Assembly: GCA_017499595.2 (NCBI GenBank)
Contig: CM038999.1
Span: 372,001 to 436,000 of the forward strand
Source: Psilocybe cubensis
Taxonomy: Eukaryota
Length of the DNA stretch: 64,000 nucleotides
Direction: 5' to 3'
In this document: positions 25,501-39,099 of the stretch, one piece after another
Numbering within the stretch: the first letter of the stretch is position 1
Layout: the number at the start of each line of letters is the position of its first letter
The notes under the pieces: generated by a model
Database searches by the model: none
What the model saw: only the letters and a program-made list of their open reading frames with translations
What the model was told of the DNA's origin: nothing
Translations under genes and position numbers: made by a program

Positions 25501-28489
25501 TTGTATTCTCGGTGTGTATTCCTTGACTTACGTTGAGCTACGATCACAAGCCTTTTTTCTTGGACGTCTCGACTTCGATTTATTGCAAGGCCCCAGCGCC
25601 CATACCCTTGTATGTGCAGCTACGTGCTCGGCCATTTGACCTTATTGACCTAAATCCATTATCCCTAGAATTGTCTAGATGAATTACAATTTCTTGTACT
25701 GGTCTAGAGCTGGATATGACGGACGCGAACTACTGTCAGCGTTGTTGTTGCCTAGTGCCGCCTAGCTCACGCATCTTTCTGGGCACCTGATCCGCTTGGA
25801 ATCTGAAAGTACTCCTGCGGCATACGATAACCCAGGAATCCATCGCTTCGAAATCCGCACGTTGCCACTCATTTGCCTCGTGGAAAAACGCCTCCGAAGC
25901 TCCAGGAAAGGCGGCTTCCCCATAAAGCAGTATCAGGAAGGTGGAAGATCGGTTTCCCAATTATCTCTGAAAGGCCGAGATAAAGTCTTAAAACATACCC
26001 TCGTTTTTTATTGTGGGTCACTATGAGCCATGCGCCGGTGGCTGGTTTATCTTCGGCGCGTTTTATCAATGGATCGATGGCCCACCTTTCCGACGAATAC
26101 CTTGCTTGGTGAAGAACGTTCTTCACATCGCCCGAGTGGCTTTGCACTTTGTAATACACAGCAATTACCTATGGACCGCATTGATCAGCGGTTCTTTGAT
26201 CGAGCATTTCATGCTACTCAGAGCAGCCGCTGACGTGGTGATTGGTGATGGGCTTCGCAGAGGAACTCACTCTGTACAATGGCGGGCATCTGTCATCTTT
26301 AAAGAGAGTACTGGAGCGTCTAAAATCTGCACGGCTGAGGATTGTGACTTGCAAATCTAAGATATCTGGCCTGTCGCTAATGCCTATTTCGTGGATGCGG
26401 GATTTTCGCGCTTCGCGGCAGTATCTCTTTGGCACCAGTGTTCCCTACAGTCTCTCTTCGTATAGCTCTTTACACGCTTGATGACCTTCGCGCGTGTGCA
26501 AATAATTTCGTTGATGTTTTGGAGCATCAGTTATGGATGTACATACTCTCCTATTGAAGGACGTGGACTCAGTGCGCTATGACGTCCAGTCATAATGGTC
26601 GCGCACCCATGGTTCTCGGCCAAAATCCCGCTAATGACTACGAACCTGGAATAGCCAAAATACCGCGGTTGGATGTACTCTCGCTGTCTGTCTGTCTCGC
26701 TCCGATCTTTCTTCATGGATGAAATGGAACATCCTTTCGTTTAGGATTCGGTCTCCTACTCCACATAGTTGAAAAGATCCTTCTTTGCGCTCCTTTCCCT
26801 AGCTTTTGCATAACTATCTGGCACAAACCTCTCTCAACATTTGGGTTATTGATCCCGGGTATTTCGGATGTGCGATTCCCAAATGATTCTAGTATGATTC
26901 ATGAAGCTGCATGGAGTCATCGCTTAAGAAGCGTGCTGATCGTCTTACGCAGAACGATCACGAATCCTATCATGGTACGTCCCCTCTCCATGACGCACTC
27001 ACATGTTTATCTATGATAAGAGTTCTAATTGTCACAAGTTTAACTTTGTTTCTGATCCTTTAATCGTAACTTGGCCATTGTCTGATGTTTGATACGAAGT
27101 GAGTGGCGAAACAATTGATTCCTGATTCAAACTGGCAAGCCAAATCTTGGTCTTGCATTGTCTTTGATAAGCCATTCAGGTCCGATATCATGAGCTTTGT
27201 TAAATCATGTGCGAATTAGAAATTTGCCTTGCAGAACCATTTATGTTGCGCCATCAGAGTCGGTGCCAGTGCAGAGACCCCATGTTAACCAAGGGTACTT
27301 TCTTTTTTTTTCTTTTTGACTAGTCACGTATAGTCTTTCCTTAGGAATCTGCCGTCTATAAGTATCCTACCTCATCTTGCTGACTTGCTTCTTACAATTT
27401 TTCTCAGTCCACTTTGTCTAGACTGCATCGAACGCGCTCATCGGGTCTTGAGTCGCAATCCACTCGCCTCTCTATTCATTGACAGTGCAATCCGGATGCC
27501 CAAAAACTGTTCCTGGAATTACCACAGGTAAGGCTCTCGGTCGAAAATCTATATTCGAAAGTTTAAGTCAAAGTCATGTAGGACCGCATCTAATAATGGT
27601 CCGTGATGTATTTAGATACACGCCTTTGCCTGCAGGCAAATTGGTCACGCAGACAACTACCAGGACTAGTGCTCTTCTGCCGGGGTCCGAAAAATCACAT
27701 AGACTTCAAACTTTAGTTCGTTGCTAAACACTTGATTTAAAACACAGGATCAGTTGCACTTAACTTTTAGATTATCAATGATTATTTTGGCGGCCCGTCC
27801 AACCTGGATTTTGGACACCACTGGAATTTGGCTGCTTTCATGTGGGCTGGGACTATTCAATATTGCAGTTGAAAGGTCGGCTGTGTATCGAGTTCCCTTT
27901 TTCTGATTCTTACTGAACACTATTTCTTTGCTACACAGGGTTTCAGGTGTTTTCCGGAAGGATCATATACTGCTTCTACAATCGCTATTAGACATGAGAA
28001 TGTTCTTGTTAGACATTTCAGACGGAAACATTTATACAACTCACGATGAACCATGTGGTCTATTATCAAACTCAGTTACGGTTAGTAGTAAATCAACGCT
28101 CATTGATCTCGTGGGTCCATACATTGTCCGTCATTCGCAGTATCTTCGCAGTCCTTTGGCTGGCATGTGAGTAGAGTATTCTCTGTATCCGCGCCCCACG
28201 TACTCGCTGCAGTTTTACAGTTTGGGAACATTTTCTTGATTAGCTCTGCTGAGATCAAACTTCAGAATTGAGAAAGAAAGCAAATCAAACCTCAGTCAAG
28301 TTCTTTGCCCTCATCAAGGAACCAAGTATCAGTAAAATTACCGTTCCAAAAAATTACACACCTGTGAGATAACTAAGTATCTACTTAGTACAGCCATCTT
28401 CTCTGTTAAAATGCTTGTATGTAAAAAGGAATTTTTTTTACATTTTATTCTGATCCAATTGCTTCACCTAGATACAAGCCGTATGTAAT

Positions 28490-29999
28490 TCACGACGTTC
28501 CAGCATATTCCCATGTGTCAGCTGTCGATGTCCAGCTGCGGGAACGCCTCAGGTTGGTCTTCATCTCCTTTACGGTGACGATAGAGTTGAGTGAAATTAG
28601 TGATAGGGCCATACGCCTATAGTAGAGCCCGTAATCAGTCTCCCCAGTACGTGAAGAAGCAACAGAATAGGAAGATTTCCCATCAAAAGTGTTTGACAAG
28701 TTGCTGTAACGAGACGAAAGGGTATTGATAAATGATGTAGCATCCCGTGCGGTAACATATGAGGATAGGGAGGTTGCGCGGCTTCTCGTGTGAGGTAGCG
28801 TTGAAGGAGTAGAAGATGGGTTGAATTTATAGAATGGTGTTTCTCCTGAAGGATTTTGAACGGTCCGATATGGTTCTTTCTCTGATAACCCTGTGGACTT
28901 AACAACTTCATCCTCTATAGAGCTCTCCTCTTCCCAATCTTTTCGAAGAGGATCAAGCTCCGGAAAAAGGCTGAAAGCTAAAGTCGCCTTCCTGTTGATC
29001 ATAACGCTACCGAATGCTCCTATAAACAGAGATGAGTACAGCGCGAGGGAGGTTTGAATCCGACATCGGTGTTCCTCAAATATTGTCGCCCATTGATACA
29101 GTGTCAATTTACTAGATGGATGAGAGGGGTCTGATATAAATTCTGACGACATACTTTTCTTCAGTATTGGGCCACGAAAACAATGCACTTAAGCGGCTTA
29201 CGCTTCAACCTTCGAGAATAAAAAGGTGCGAGGAGTCTTGATTTGCATTCTACGAGATGGGCGTCCAATTCTGTGATTAGAGCCTCCAGATGATCGGCTA
29301 TACATACGCCGCTCTGTGTACGCGCGCCTTGCGGGGTATATGATTCTTCAAAACTGACAGGATTGATGAGTTAGGTGATATGATTGGATTTGTTAGGACG
29401 ACTGACATTAGACACACCCTTCTCACCTTCCCACTTCTAAAAAAGAATTCGATGTCCTTCTGCTGCGTCTTTCTCTTTCTTGGGGAGCTAATCCATTGAT
29501 CCTGGAGGTTGATAGCTATAGCAAAAAAGTTAGGTAATTGTCTCAAAATGCACATGTTTTCCTGATGAACTAGCCTGATAGCTGTGGGTTTAATTGGACC
29601 ACCAAATTGACATCCTTTGGGACCAAGTCCAACGTGTTGAGGTAGTCAGAGATACTCGTGATATCCATAAAACTAAACGCGGTATGCGGGGTTGAGATGA
29701 GGTCTGAGTGAACTATCAAAAATTCAAGCAAAGAAGACCATCTCATGTCCAAAAAATTGATTAGTAATGCTGGCGACCATTTTATCTTCCTTGGTTCGGT
29801 AAGACGTCGAGACTCTGGAATGCCTTCAGGTTACGAAGTATGTTTGGCTGAGATTTGGTATCACGTCGCTAGCGCGCTGGAGTAACGTACTTTGAGGTTT
29901 TTGATGCTTGCCTCCAGTGTCCGCCTTTCTCAGGCCTTCTCTATGGTCAATTAGGGCCGCGTTTACGCCAAATAGACGACGTCCTTCAGTATTATCCAT
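28490..29999 (-). CDS. Short paralog A: helical domain homologous to the N-terminus of the 9369-13901 protein, plus the C-terminal YSVASSRT motif
   Basis: Exons encode DMRWSSLLEFLIVHSDLIS, GVCIADHLEALITELDAHLVEC, WATIFEEHRCRIQTSLALY...FPEL and YSVASSRTGETDYGLYYRRMALS. One donor appears to be GC (gctagt) and another is ambiguous. Confidence 0.65.
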
Positions 30000-30477
30000 T
30001 GCGAAGGGTAAACAATTTTCCTGCATAAATTCCCACATGTAAGTACAAACTACTATGCGTTCGAATGGAATGAATACAATAGACAAACTAGTGCCCTCGA
30101 AGTGGGATATACGGCTAACAATGAAAGAACCTGTCCCAATCAATGGGTGAAGGTAGTTGTTGCTTAAGCAGTGCTGCAAGAAACACTGAAGTGAGACCGT
30201 CGCTATAGAGACCCAAGGAAGGTTAAAGTTATCACTGAGAAGCAACAGACATGCGTGGGTATCGAACAGCCTCTATGAGTCCTCCTGAGTCATGCTAATT
30301 GTACCTCGCATTATAGGTGAACGGTGTAATATTATCTTGAGTGAGTTCCCGCAACACGTCATTAGCTAAATCTGAATTGGTAGAACATATTTTACAGTAT
30401 TATTTGACGTAGTGTATAAAAATGTGCGTGGAAAAAAATTCAAGCTCTGCCTTGGTGTATCCCCAGGTCTACGTTCT

Positions 30478-31093
30478 TCAATACTCCTCTGACGTATGTG
30501 ACAAAGCTCTTCGTGTGTAAAATAAACCGTAGTCAGACTCATCTGTACGCGAGGAGGCAACTGAGTACGAAGTCAAACTCTCGGAGTCCGTTGAAACTGG
30601 CTGACTGAGATCATAGTACCGATGATCTGTGTGGTTTGCTGTGAGTAATATAGCCGCTTGATATGATATTTCGGGTTTTTGGAGGTTATGGATCAGACAC
30701 AAAATGCTCATGCGATCTCCGTAGGTATCATGCTAGGGGCCGAATGCGCGTCAGCCATTTTATCACAATTATTAAAGTAAGAAAAGTGATACTCACAAGA
30801 TTTTGCAGCCGGATGAGGTTTTCTTCCTTAGCAGTACTATTTTCTGCCCTAACTCGCTCCATAACCTCAGATATCAATGCCACGCTCAGTGCGTACCCAG
30901 CCACAGCGGCTTCGACATTTTCACTGCTGGAGTCGAGATCGACGGCATCGCGGGCATGTTCGAGCGACATTTTGAGGATTTCGCCAGAGGACCGAAAGAA
31001 TTCCTTTTGCAAGGACCTTCCTACGGTACTTTGGGAATTTGGATGAGCTGAACTGGCTATCGGTGAATTTTCCATAGGCGTTTCAACACCCAT
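30478..31093 (-). CDS. MIT-domain protein with the C-terminal YSVASSRT motif
   Basis: ILKMSLEHARDAVDLDS...AAVAGYALSVALISEVMERV...LIRLQNL|HDTYGDRMSIL is an MIT three-helix pattern. The GT-AG intron at 30733-30796 joins it in frame to YSVASSRTDESDYGLFYTRRALS. Confidence 0.75.
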
Positions 31094-31587
31094 ATCAGGG
31101 TAAACAAATTGCAAGGAGAGGTTAAGGTCTCTGACAAATGCACGTTCGGGTGACGTTTTCGGATGAAAAGTTTGAGAAGACCGCAAACAGGTGACGAGAC
31201 TTATTGGCTGCCAGTGAATTGGGCCACTTTTAACCCTGCTATTATACCCAGTGTGAGGCAGTGTTCATCATACGTAAGCGTACCGATTCATGGCAGTGCG
31301 ATACCAACATAGCATTGACTCTTGAGTCTAGTACAGCATTAACTGACTCCAAGCAGAAATGCCGCATGGGATAGACCCTTTGATGGTCATATATATTGCT
31401 CATCGCTCATTGTTTAAGCAGTTTTCTAAGTTCCGTAAACTCACAATTACTGACGTTTAGTATTGCCTAATATAGACATTTTATTGCTCTTTTCGTCAAC
31501 CACATACCCATTGTCACCCAGGGCTCCAGTAATACGAAGGAATCATTCATGGTTTTACTAATTATGGGGCTCACAATAAGTAATAGA

Positions 31588-33083
31588 TTACATTCTAACG
31601 GCCAAATAGGCGAGTCTGTGTTTGGCCCCAACGTCTGTCAACGAAGTTTCGAATGAAGATACCGAAAGCGCCATGCGGGTATAATATACTCCATAATCAG
31701 ACTCAAAAGTTCGTGAGGATGCGACTGAGTAGGGAGTTGAGTCGGCATGGATAGAGCCACTGTAACTACTGCCAATTACAGAGAAGGATGAAGTCCGGCT
31801 TCGAAGATGGGTCTTGGGCAAAGTTGAAAGGGGTGACGACGGATTGAATTTGCACAAAAGCACCTTTACGATCTTGTGCAGTATTTTTTATCAAGCTCTG
31901 CAGCTGATTTGATTTTAAATATGCGGGAGTCGAAGGCATATTTATCATGTTTGGTCAAACCCTTGCAAAATGGATCCAATTCTGGAAAAATGCCGAATGC
32001 CAAAGTGATATTCCCATCGATGAAAATATTTCCAGAAGATCCCAGATATAAGAACGAGTAAAGGGCAAGTGTGGTTTGAATTCGAATTCTGTGGTGTTCC
32101 AATCGCACCGCCCAGCTACATAGCTGAGATTCGTATCCAGTGGCTTGCGGAAGGAATCCTAAACACCCAGCTTGAGAACAAACTACAGGATATGTTGATA
32201 CGGTAATGCACATAACTTACGTGTCATGTGTTGATCATAATAATTACCCAAAAATGCTCCACACTCTTGGAGGTCGATATTTAAATTGGTGATTAAAGAC
32301 CGCAAATAGTCTGCGATGCAAAGTTCTTCTCCACCGTCTAGAGTATAGTGACTCTCGAATCTGTATTAATCACAACAAGACAGGGTCAGAAAATGAAGAT
32401 ATAATCTAATGGTAGAAGATTTGATGACTAACATCATGCACACACTTTGAATCTTCCCATAACAGAGAAAAAGATTAAGATCCTTGTGCTCTTCTTTCCA
32501 TTTTCGGGTTGGGGTAAGTTGAGAGTACTTGAAGTTGAATGCTATTATATTGAGAAATAGGTAAATTTCTGCTATGACAGTATTTAGATATTACCATTGC
32601 GTTGGGCGTACCTGTGTCATGTTTGGACTCGGATATTTCTAAATCAACTGTTTTCGGAGTTGACAATATGGTCTTTAGGTAGCTTGAGATAGACTTGATT
32701 TCCATAGGGCTGTACAATGGATACTTCGTCGAAATCAAGTCTATATTGGTTTGCACAAAGTCCGCCAATGGGGTCCATTGCGTGTTGAGAAAGTCAATGA
32801 AGCGCGATGGTAATAATTCTCCCTTCAATGACCCTGACAAGGGGTCACTGACTTGAGCAAAGATGAAAGGGTCCGACACAGTGAGAATATGTAGATACCC
32901 AAGTAATCTTGGCTCACTGAGGTCATTTCCCACTAGGATCGGAGCTTCTACGACGGCTGAAGATGATTGAGATACGGGATGCTCTTGTGCAACTTCATAT
33001 CTGTCGGATTCTTGACATTTCTGTGTCGCTTCGTATCTATGGGATTCTTGATCTTCATATATAACACACAGCGAATTGCTCAT
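31588..33083 (-). pseudogene. Short paralog B (helical domain + YSVASSRT motif) with a 1-bp frameshift; a pseudogene or an assembly error
   Basis: It encodes NTQWTPLADFVQTNIDLIS, LCIADYLRSLITNLNIDLQEC and WAVRLEHHRIRIQTTLALY...FPEL. The frame breaks at the A6 run (31884-31889), just before KFNPSS...YSVASSRTFESDYGVYYTRMALS. Confidence 0.65.
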
Positions 33084-33907
33084 TTTGATCGAAGTGTGTA
33101 GGAATGAAGTAGGACTGAAACCTTTCCAGAGCAATGTAACAAGATCAAACGTCGATGCAACTTGAAAAGGTGGAGGATCAGTGAGGAGTGCAGTGGCAAT
33201 GTGCTGGAGCGTGTACTTTGACAGTCAGGACTCATAACTGCTTATATGTGTGCACAAACATATCTTCAAATTTATGCCTGGAAGTAGCACATAGTCAAAA
33301 GCTTGCAAGTTGCAAGCATGCTGATCGATTATTGTTGCCGCCACAGCGCAGCCACTGTGCAGTGAGTGTGAGTGCACTGTAATTTTTCACAGTTTGAACT
33401 TTGAAAGTTGAAGCTTGAAGCTTGAAGGCTTGCGTGTCACACTGCTAAAAATATACCTGCCAGCGCAAGCTGTTGCGGCAGCACTATGTAAAGTCTAATA
33501 ATACTAACGCGATCATCGGGATTCAAACTGACCTAGAGATTCAAATTCCCGTTTCTTGCCCCTCTGACACTGAGTTTTTCCCAAATCTTTTTGCACATTC
33601 AAGTGTAGATTGTACGCAGGTATATGAATATGCAAAAACATTACAAAAATGATGCATGGAAAGGTGCTAAATTTGATGATCTTCAGCCATCCATCAAGTT
33701 AACATGGCATCAAATTCCAATTTCTGTTTTGTCCACTTATGCTATCAACACAGAAATTGGTACACATCTTTATAACAGTATCAAATCCTTGTCTGCAGAG
33801 TGTCATCCAGCAAAAACAGTTCCTTGATTTTCCAGATGCCAAACGATGGAAATAGTGACATCTTGTAAAGTCACATTGATGTGTTTAAACTCTGTCTGAA
33901 ACGTGTC

Positions 33908-34627
33908 CACTGTGGGCTCCGATACATGTTTGATGTCAAACATCGACAATCAAACAGATATTATGTAGGATATAGATGTTTGATGTCACGCACATATTGT
34001 GTTTGACAACAAACATGCTTCAAACATAAATTGTGTTTGAACTCTGTGTGACATCAAACACCAAATATGTTTGAGCACTGTTTGTTAAAAAATATTAGCC
34101 TGATATAATTCCTGTTTGAATAGCTGTATGATAAGGTTCTGTAAGAGATCAACCATAAAATCCGTATCTTATCTAACATGAATATCAAACATATTTTAGG
34201 TAAGCATTCAACCAGAATATTTGTCCGAAATCAAACAATTATCAAACATCCATTTTTTCTCGAATCTGATTAGTTCATACATATATGTTTGGCAATCTGT
34301 TTGATTTCGGACAAATATTCTGGTTGAATGCTTACCTAAAATATGTTTGATATTCATGTTAGATAAGATACGGATTTTATGGTTGATCTCTTACAGAACC
34401 TTATCATACAGTTATTCAAACAGGAATTATGTCAGGCTAATATTTTTTAACAAGCAGTGCTCAAACATATTTGGTGTTTGATGTCACACAGAGTTCAAAC
34501 ACAATTTATGTTTGAAGCATGTTTGTTGTCAAACACAATATGTGCGTGACATCAAACATCTATATCCTACATAATATCTGTTTGATTGTCGATGTTTGAC
34601 ATCAAACATGTGTCGGAGCCTGCAGTG
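33908..34627. mobile_element. Non-autonomous foldback element with CACTG...CAGTG termini (CACTA/EnSpm-like) and a 3-bp TSD (GTC)
   Basis: Two ~330-bp near-perfect inverted arms (33908-34237 and 34298-34627) flank a 60-bp spacer. GTC lies at 33905-33907 and 34628-34630, and there are many internal CAAACA/TGTTTG subrepeats. Confidence 0.85.
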
Positions 34628-35281
34628 GTCGTGTCCGGTGTAATTGACCGCAACTTAGATAAAAAAGTTCCACTTCATGTTGATGCAACTTACGCACATT
34701 TGGCTTATTATACGTGATACTCTTGGAACTTTTACATACATTACCTTTACACATACATGCTAGCATCTGTAGTCTTAACCTTTTTTTCAATGTACATAGT
34801 CTCTACTAAGAAGCTTTATAACCGGTTTATACCCTTCCTCAGACTCAAGAGTGTGGTACTAGGGAACATACGAAGATACAAAACCGACCGAGGCCTTGTC
34901 GCCTCAAGTCGGATTGTTCTGATCGTACGTGTGCCGTCTGAGCTTGAAATCGGCACGGTGACTACGTGTGACGAAAAATTTGAATCTCTATGATTTTGGG
35001 TCCTTGCTGCCGCGGAAATGCTCCTGTTCCTCATCCGTTTGCGCTGCGGGCTTAAAATTTGAAATTAAAGGAGTGTATATGCTGTAATAGTATTGTGCAA
35101 AGTTTGACGCAAGGAAGGTGAGTGTATGTTCTGTTTCAAATATTTGAATCTCCCTGATTGTGATAGTAAGTAAGACTGTAAGAGCATGCCATTTCGCACT
35201 CCGCCTAAACTTTTACTCCCGCGGACCGGAACTAGTATAGCCGCACCGTGACTGCGGCGATTGCCGTGTACACCCATTGCG

Positions 35282-35911
35282 ATGCTCTCACTCGTGAAAT
35301 ACCTCCTTCTCCTCGTTCTTCCAGTTTCTTATCTCCTTCGCCGGCGCTTCCCTTCGCTGTCGTTCAAACTGTCGAGTTCCACTCCAGTACAAATTCCAGC
35401 GGAAGAAAATCCTGAGAAACCGCTCAAGACCATCATGCAGGCCCCTCGCGATGACTTGGCACCCCCCAAAGATGATCCATTTACGACGGAAGAGCTGAAG
35501 CAGTACGACGGTTCAGATCCTACTAAGCCTATATATGTCGCTATAAAAGGTGAGTTCAAGTTGTACTCGGATGCTTTAGGTCGTTCTGAGGGTTGTACCA
35601 TGCGCGTAGGAACTGTTTTTGATGTTTCGAGCAAGAAGGATGTGTACGGTCCGGGCAGGTCATACAGTGTTTTCTCCGGAAAAGATGGCTCTCGTGGTCT
35701 CGGAATGTCAAGTCTGAAGCCAGAGGACGCTGTGGCTGACTACAGCACCCTCGACGCTAAAGATATGAAGGTGTTAGATGATTGGCACGCATTCTTCTCG
35801 TGAGTGGTGTTTCAGAATTTCAATCTATCAAGCTATTGAATTTTCTTGGAAAGGAAACGATACAATATTGTTGGAAGGGTTACAGATGGACCAGTCATTG
35901 AAAGCCAATAG
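35282..35911 (+). CDS. Cytochrome b5-like heme/steroid-binding (MAPR family) protein
   Basis: FTTEELKQYDGSDPTKPIYVAIK|GTVFDVSSKKDVYGPGRSYSVFSGKDGSRGLG...LDDWHAFFS|KRYNIVGRV, with an N-terminal hydrophobic segment and 2 introns. Confidence 0.9.
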
Positions 35912-38312
35912 AACCAATTTTAGCGAGGAGAATGCACACAGATTAGAAGAGAAGGACCCAACATTGTAACTACAATTCCATGTTATTGATATTGCCTTTG
36001 TCGTTTTCATTCCCCGTAGGGTATGCCTCTGGAGAGTTAGGTATCATCATATAGCCTCTTCAAGCTATACCGAGAACATCACTTCGACACAGCTTCTTGA
36101 ACTGAAATCTGTTGGTGGCGAATCTCATGTCACGCCATCCTTCATGTACAGCCTCCGCTAACTTCCAGCGGTCTCGCACCTCCCTTTCTTCCCATTCCTC
36201 CGGCATTCGTTCCCACTCGTATTTCCCGAACACCTGAAGGTTGATGCAGCTTCACCCGGTTCCGCCATTCTCCTGCGTGGGAGCTTTGCTTGCTGATCGA
36301 GCGACTAAACGGAAATCATCAGGTAGATCGTTACTTTCATTCAATTTTGAGCTATTGTTCAATGCTGGACATTGATGTGAGAACTGTGTACCATATTTCC
36401 AGCAGGCTGTGTGCAAAGGCGGCGTGAATTCATCCCTTTGTACATTAATTCTTTTACTTGAAAACCACCGTAGTTAATTCTAGACCATATCAATCAACAA
36501 CGACAGACATATTCGAAGTGATGGGACATCTTGGTAAAGATGGTGAATAACAATACACACTCAACTGCAATTGGCATCGCCGTGACCTTGAATTCCCCTC
36601 TTTCAATATCTACGCTTCCCCTCTTTCAATATCTACGCCATCATACTTTCCTGCCCATACCGCATTATCCAAACGCCCCTTCTGTCCATATGTTGGTTGT
36701 TCGATGCTGAAAACATCCCATTGGAATGTACAATAGGTTGTCTACCATCACCTTCATCGTTTTCACTTGGCTCTTCTGACAAGAATTCAGGTTTGGACAG
36801 TTTAATGGGCTCAGAGTTAGGACCAAGCTCGATATTTCTGTTCATCAATTGCAGGCCTAGAGCGAACCCTGGGTTGACGCAGAGTAAATTGCGACGGTTC
36901 TCCTAAATGTTGTCTCCACCACATTGCGATTTCTGGAAATTTGACCCAGTGGTATGTGTATGATGGACAGCCACCTTTTCCACAATTTGAGGCATAACTG
37001 AAGATGATGTTGGGCCATGCAAAGACTTGCACTAAGGCATCCATCTTCTGCTCCCTTGATTTAACCCGAAAATTATTGCGTCGAACTGCCTCAAGTTTTG
37101 GTACGATATATTTTAATATCATTTCATCCCACTCGTCAGTATCGAGGACCTATTAGGGCGAGAGTCGAAAAAAATAATATGAAGGGTGGTATTTTACGTC
37201 GTTCTCGACAACACAGGGATTGGGCATTCGAAGACCTGATTTCTGAGAGCATCCTCAATCGTATGTCTGGATTCGCCCACTATTAATAATAATAAACCCT
37301 CCACTCAACACAAGCTAGTGGTGAAATTGAGGGAACAAGACGTGAAAAAACATCGACAATCTCATTTCTACTCATAAGTGCGCTACAGCCAATGTTGAAG
37401 CGTGTTCCCCTGATTTTAATACAACAGCACCTTGACAAATACTAGTAGTGGGATCAGACGGCCGGACAGTCAGTACGCCCTTACCTCAAGTGGTGCAATT
37501 CCTCATATCATAACCCCCCGATAGCTTCGCTCTTCCCAAACCTGTGTTGTGTATGTAGATGGCACCTGGGATATTACTTAAAGGACAAATCGAATTCGTA
37601 ACATGTTCAAAATTAGGCTCATTAATTATAGCCTGTCTTTAATTACCCCACACGCTAGAAGCTTTTCAGTAGAAGTAGTGTACCTGGCTCGAACGTTGCG
37701 TTGAGGTTTGAGTTCATACAAGAATGACTATTAGGTTATCATAGCGAGTTACAGCCCCAGCGGTGTTCTGTACACAAATCCGTTAAATCCGTTGGCACAC
37801 GTGGAACGCTGTGCTCAGGTCAAGTATGGCTGTTTGGGATGTAAAAGTCCTCCCAGTTCAAAGCAAAGTGAGCTCGGATTATTCATGGAAAATTAGTATG
37901 GGCCGTAACTTGGAGTACGATATGAGCGCGAGCGCTCGCACTAGACCTCTACTGACTTTTCTTTGACGAATTATAGTGTAGCTTCGTTTAGCCGAAAGGC
38001 CACGCCACGAGGTCCAAGAGAAACAAGGAGAAGGGCCTTACCCCCGTTGATATCCGCCGCTCCGTAAGAAAGCATATTTATAATATGAATGGTCTCTCGC
38101 TGTTTTTCTTGTCCACCATCGAACATTGCCGGGAACCTTATAACCTAGTCTCCGCCCGCTGGGCTCATATGCGACCTCTCGCTCTCTCGCTCGGTTTCTC
38201 TGCATTGTATTTCTCGGTTTTATAACAGGTGCCTTGTTATTGCTTTGTCGACAGGCCGCTTTCAACCAAACTTGATGCAATATTGGTCTCGTTTCTAGCC
38301 ATTTTCTATCTA

Positions 38313-39099
38313 ATGACCACACTCAACGTTACGAATCTGCCTTCGGAATTACAATCTTCACCGTCTCTGGTCTCCTCATCTTCCAACAACCTATCCAACA
38401 CATCACATCCTACTTTATTAAATGTACAACATGATCACAACTACCCTCCGATACCTCCCTACTCTTTCCATCCTCCGAATGACATACGTATATCGATAAC
38501 AGCACCAAGTCCTGAGCAAGAAGCAGACATTGGCGATTCTGATCTGCAACGGTATATGACTGCGCACGACCGTCATGGAAACATAGGTGTATCCCGACTC
38601 GTTGCTGACGACCTGTTATCGCTGCGATCGAGCCAAGGCCCTCCAGAAACCTTGCCCGCTTATGACTCCAATGTACCACCTTCGTACCGGCGACCAATCG
38701 CAAACGCTCCAAAAGAACCTCAAACTTTAGCCATGCATTTTTTCAAATTTGGGTTTTGTACGTTGATTCCTCCATAGTAATCTAAGTCAACTTTTGTTTA
38801 AATTTTGCCTTGAAGTCTTCCCTGCGTTTTGGGTGTTTGGGGCATTGATGCTGATAACACCGCTCCGCTCCGATCCTCTCTCTCCTGGCGCGCAGCTTTC
38901 GGTTTGGCCTCCCAACACGGCGTTTGAGGAATGGTGCAATGAGGATGCTCGATCGGAGGAGGAAAAGCGTGAATATTTGGCGAGGATGCAGGAAGTAGAA
39001 ATGAAATGGGCCAAACGATGCCTGATGGCTCTCGGGGTACTGGGCTGTTTTGGTATTGCCATCGGGGTGACGATATTTGCTGTGTTGAAGGCCCAGTGA
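38313..39099 (+). CDS. Hypothetical membrane protein with PY motifs (LPAY, PPSY)
   Basis: Two exons. EPQTLAMHFFKFGF|..FPAFWVFGAL is followed by EMKWAKRCLMAL and a C-terminal TM helix. Confidence 0.75.

Noticed and set aside
33189-33486. Cluster of CACTG/CAGTG words next to the foldback element, suggesting a second CACTA-like relic
   Set aside because: I could not pair any TIRs or find a TSD.
36040-37122. Minus-strand ORF fragments and a 23-bp tandem duplication (36593-36638)
   Set aside because: No coherent spliced gene or recognisable domain; possibly a relic.
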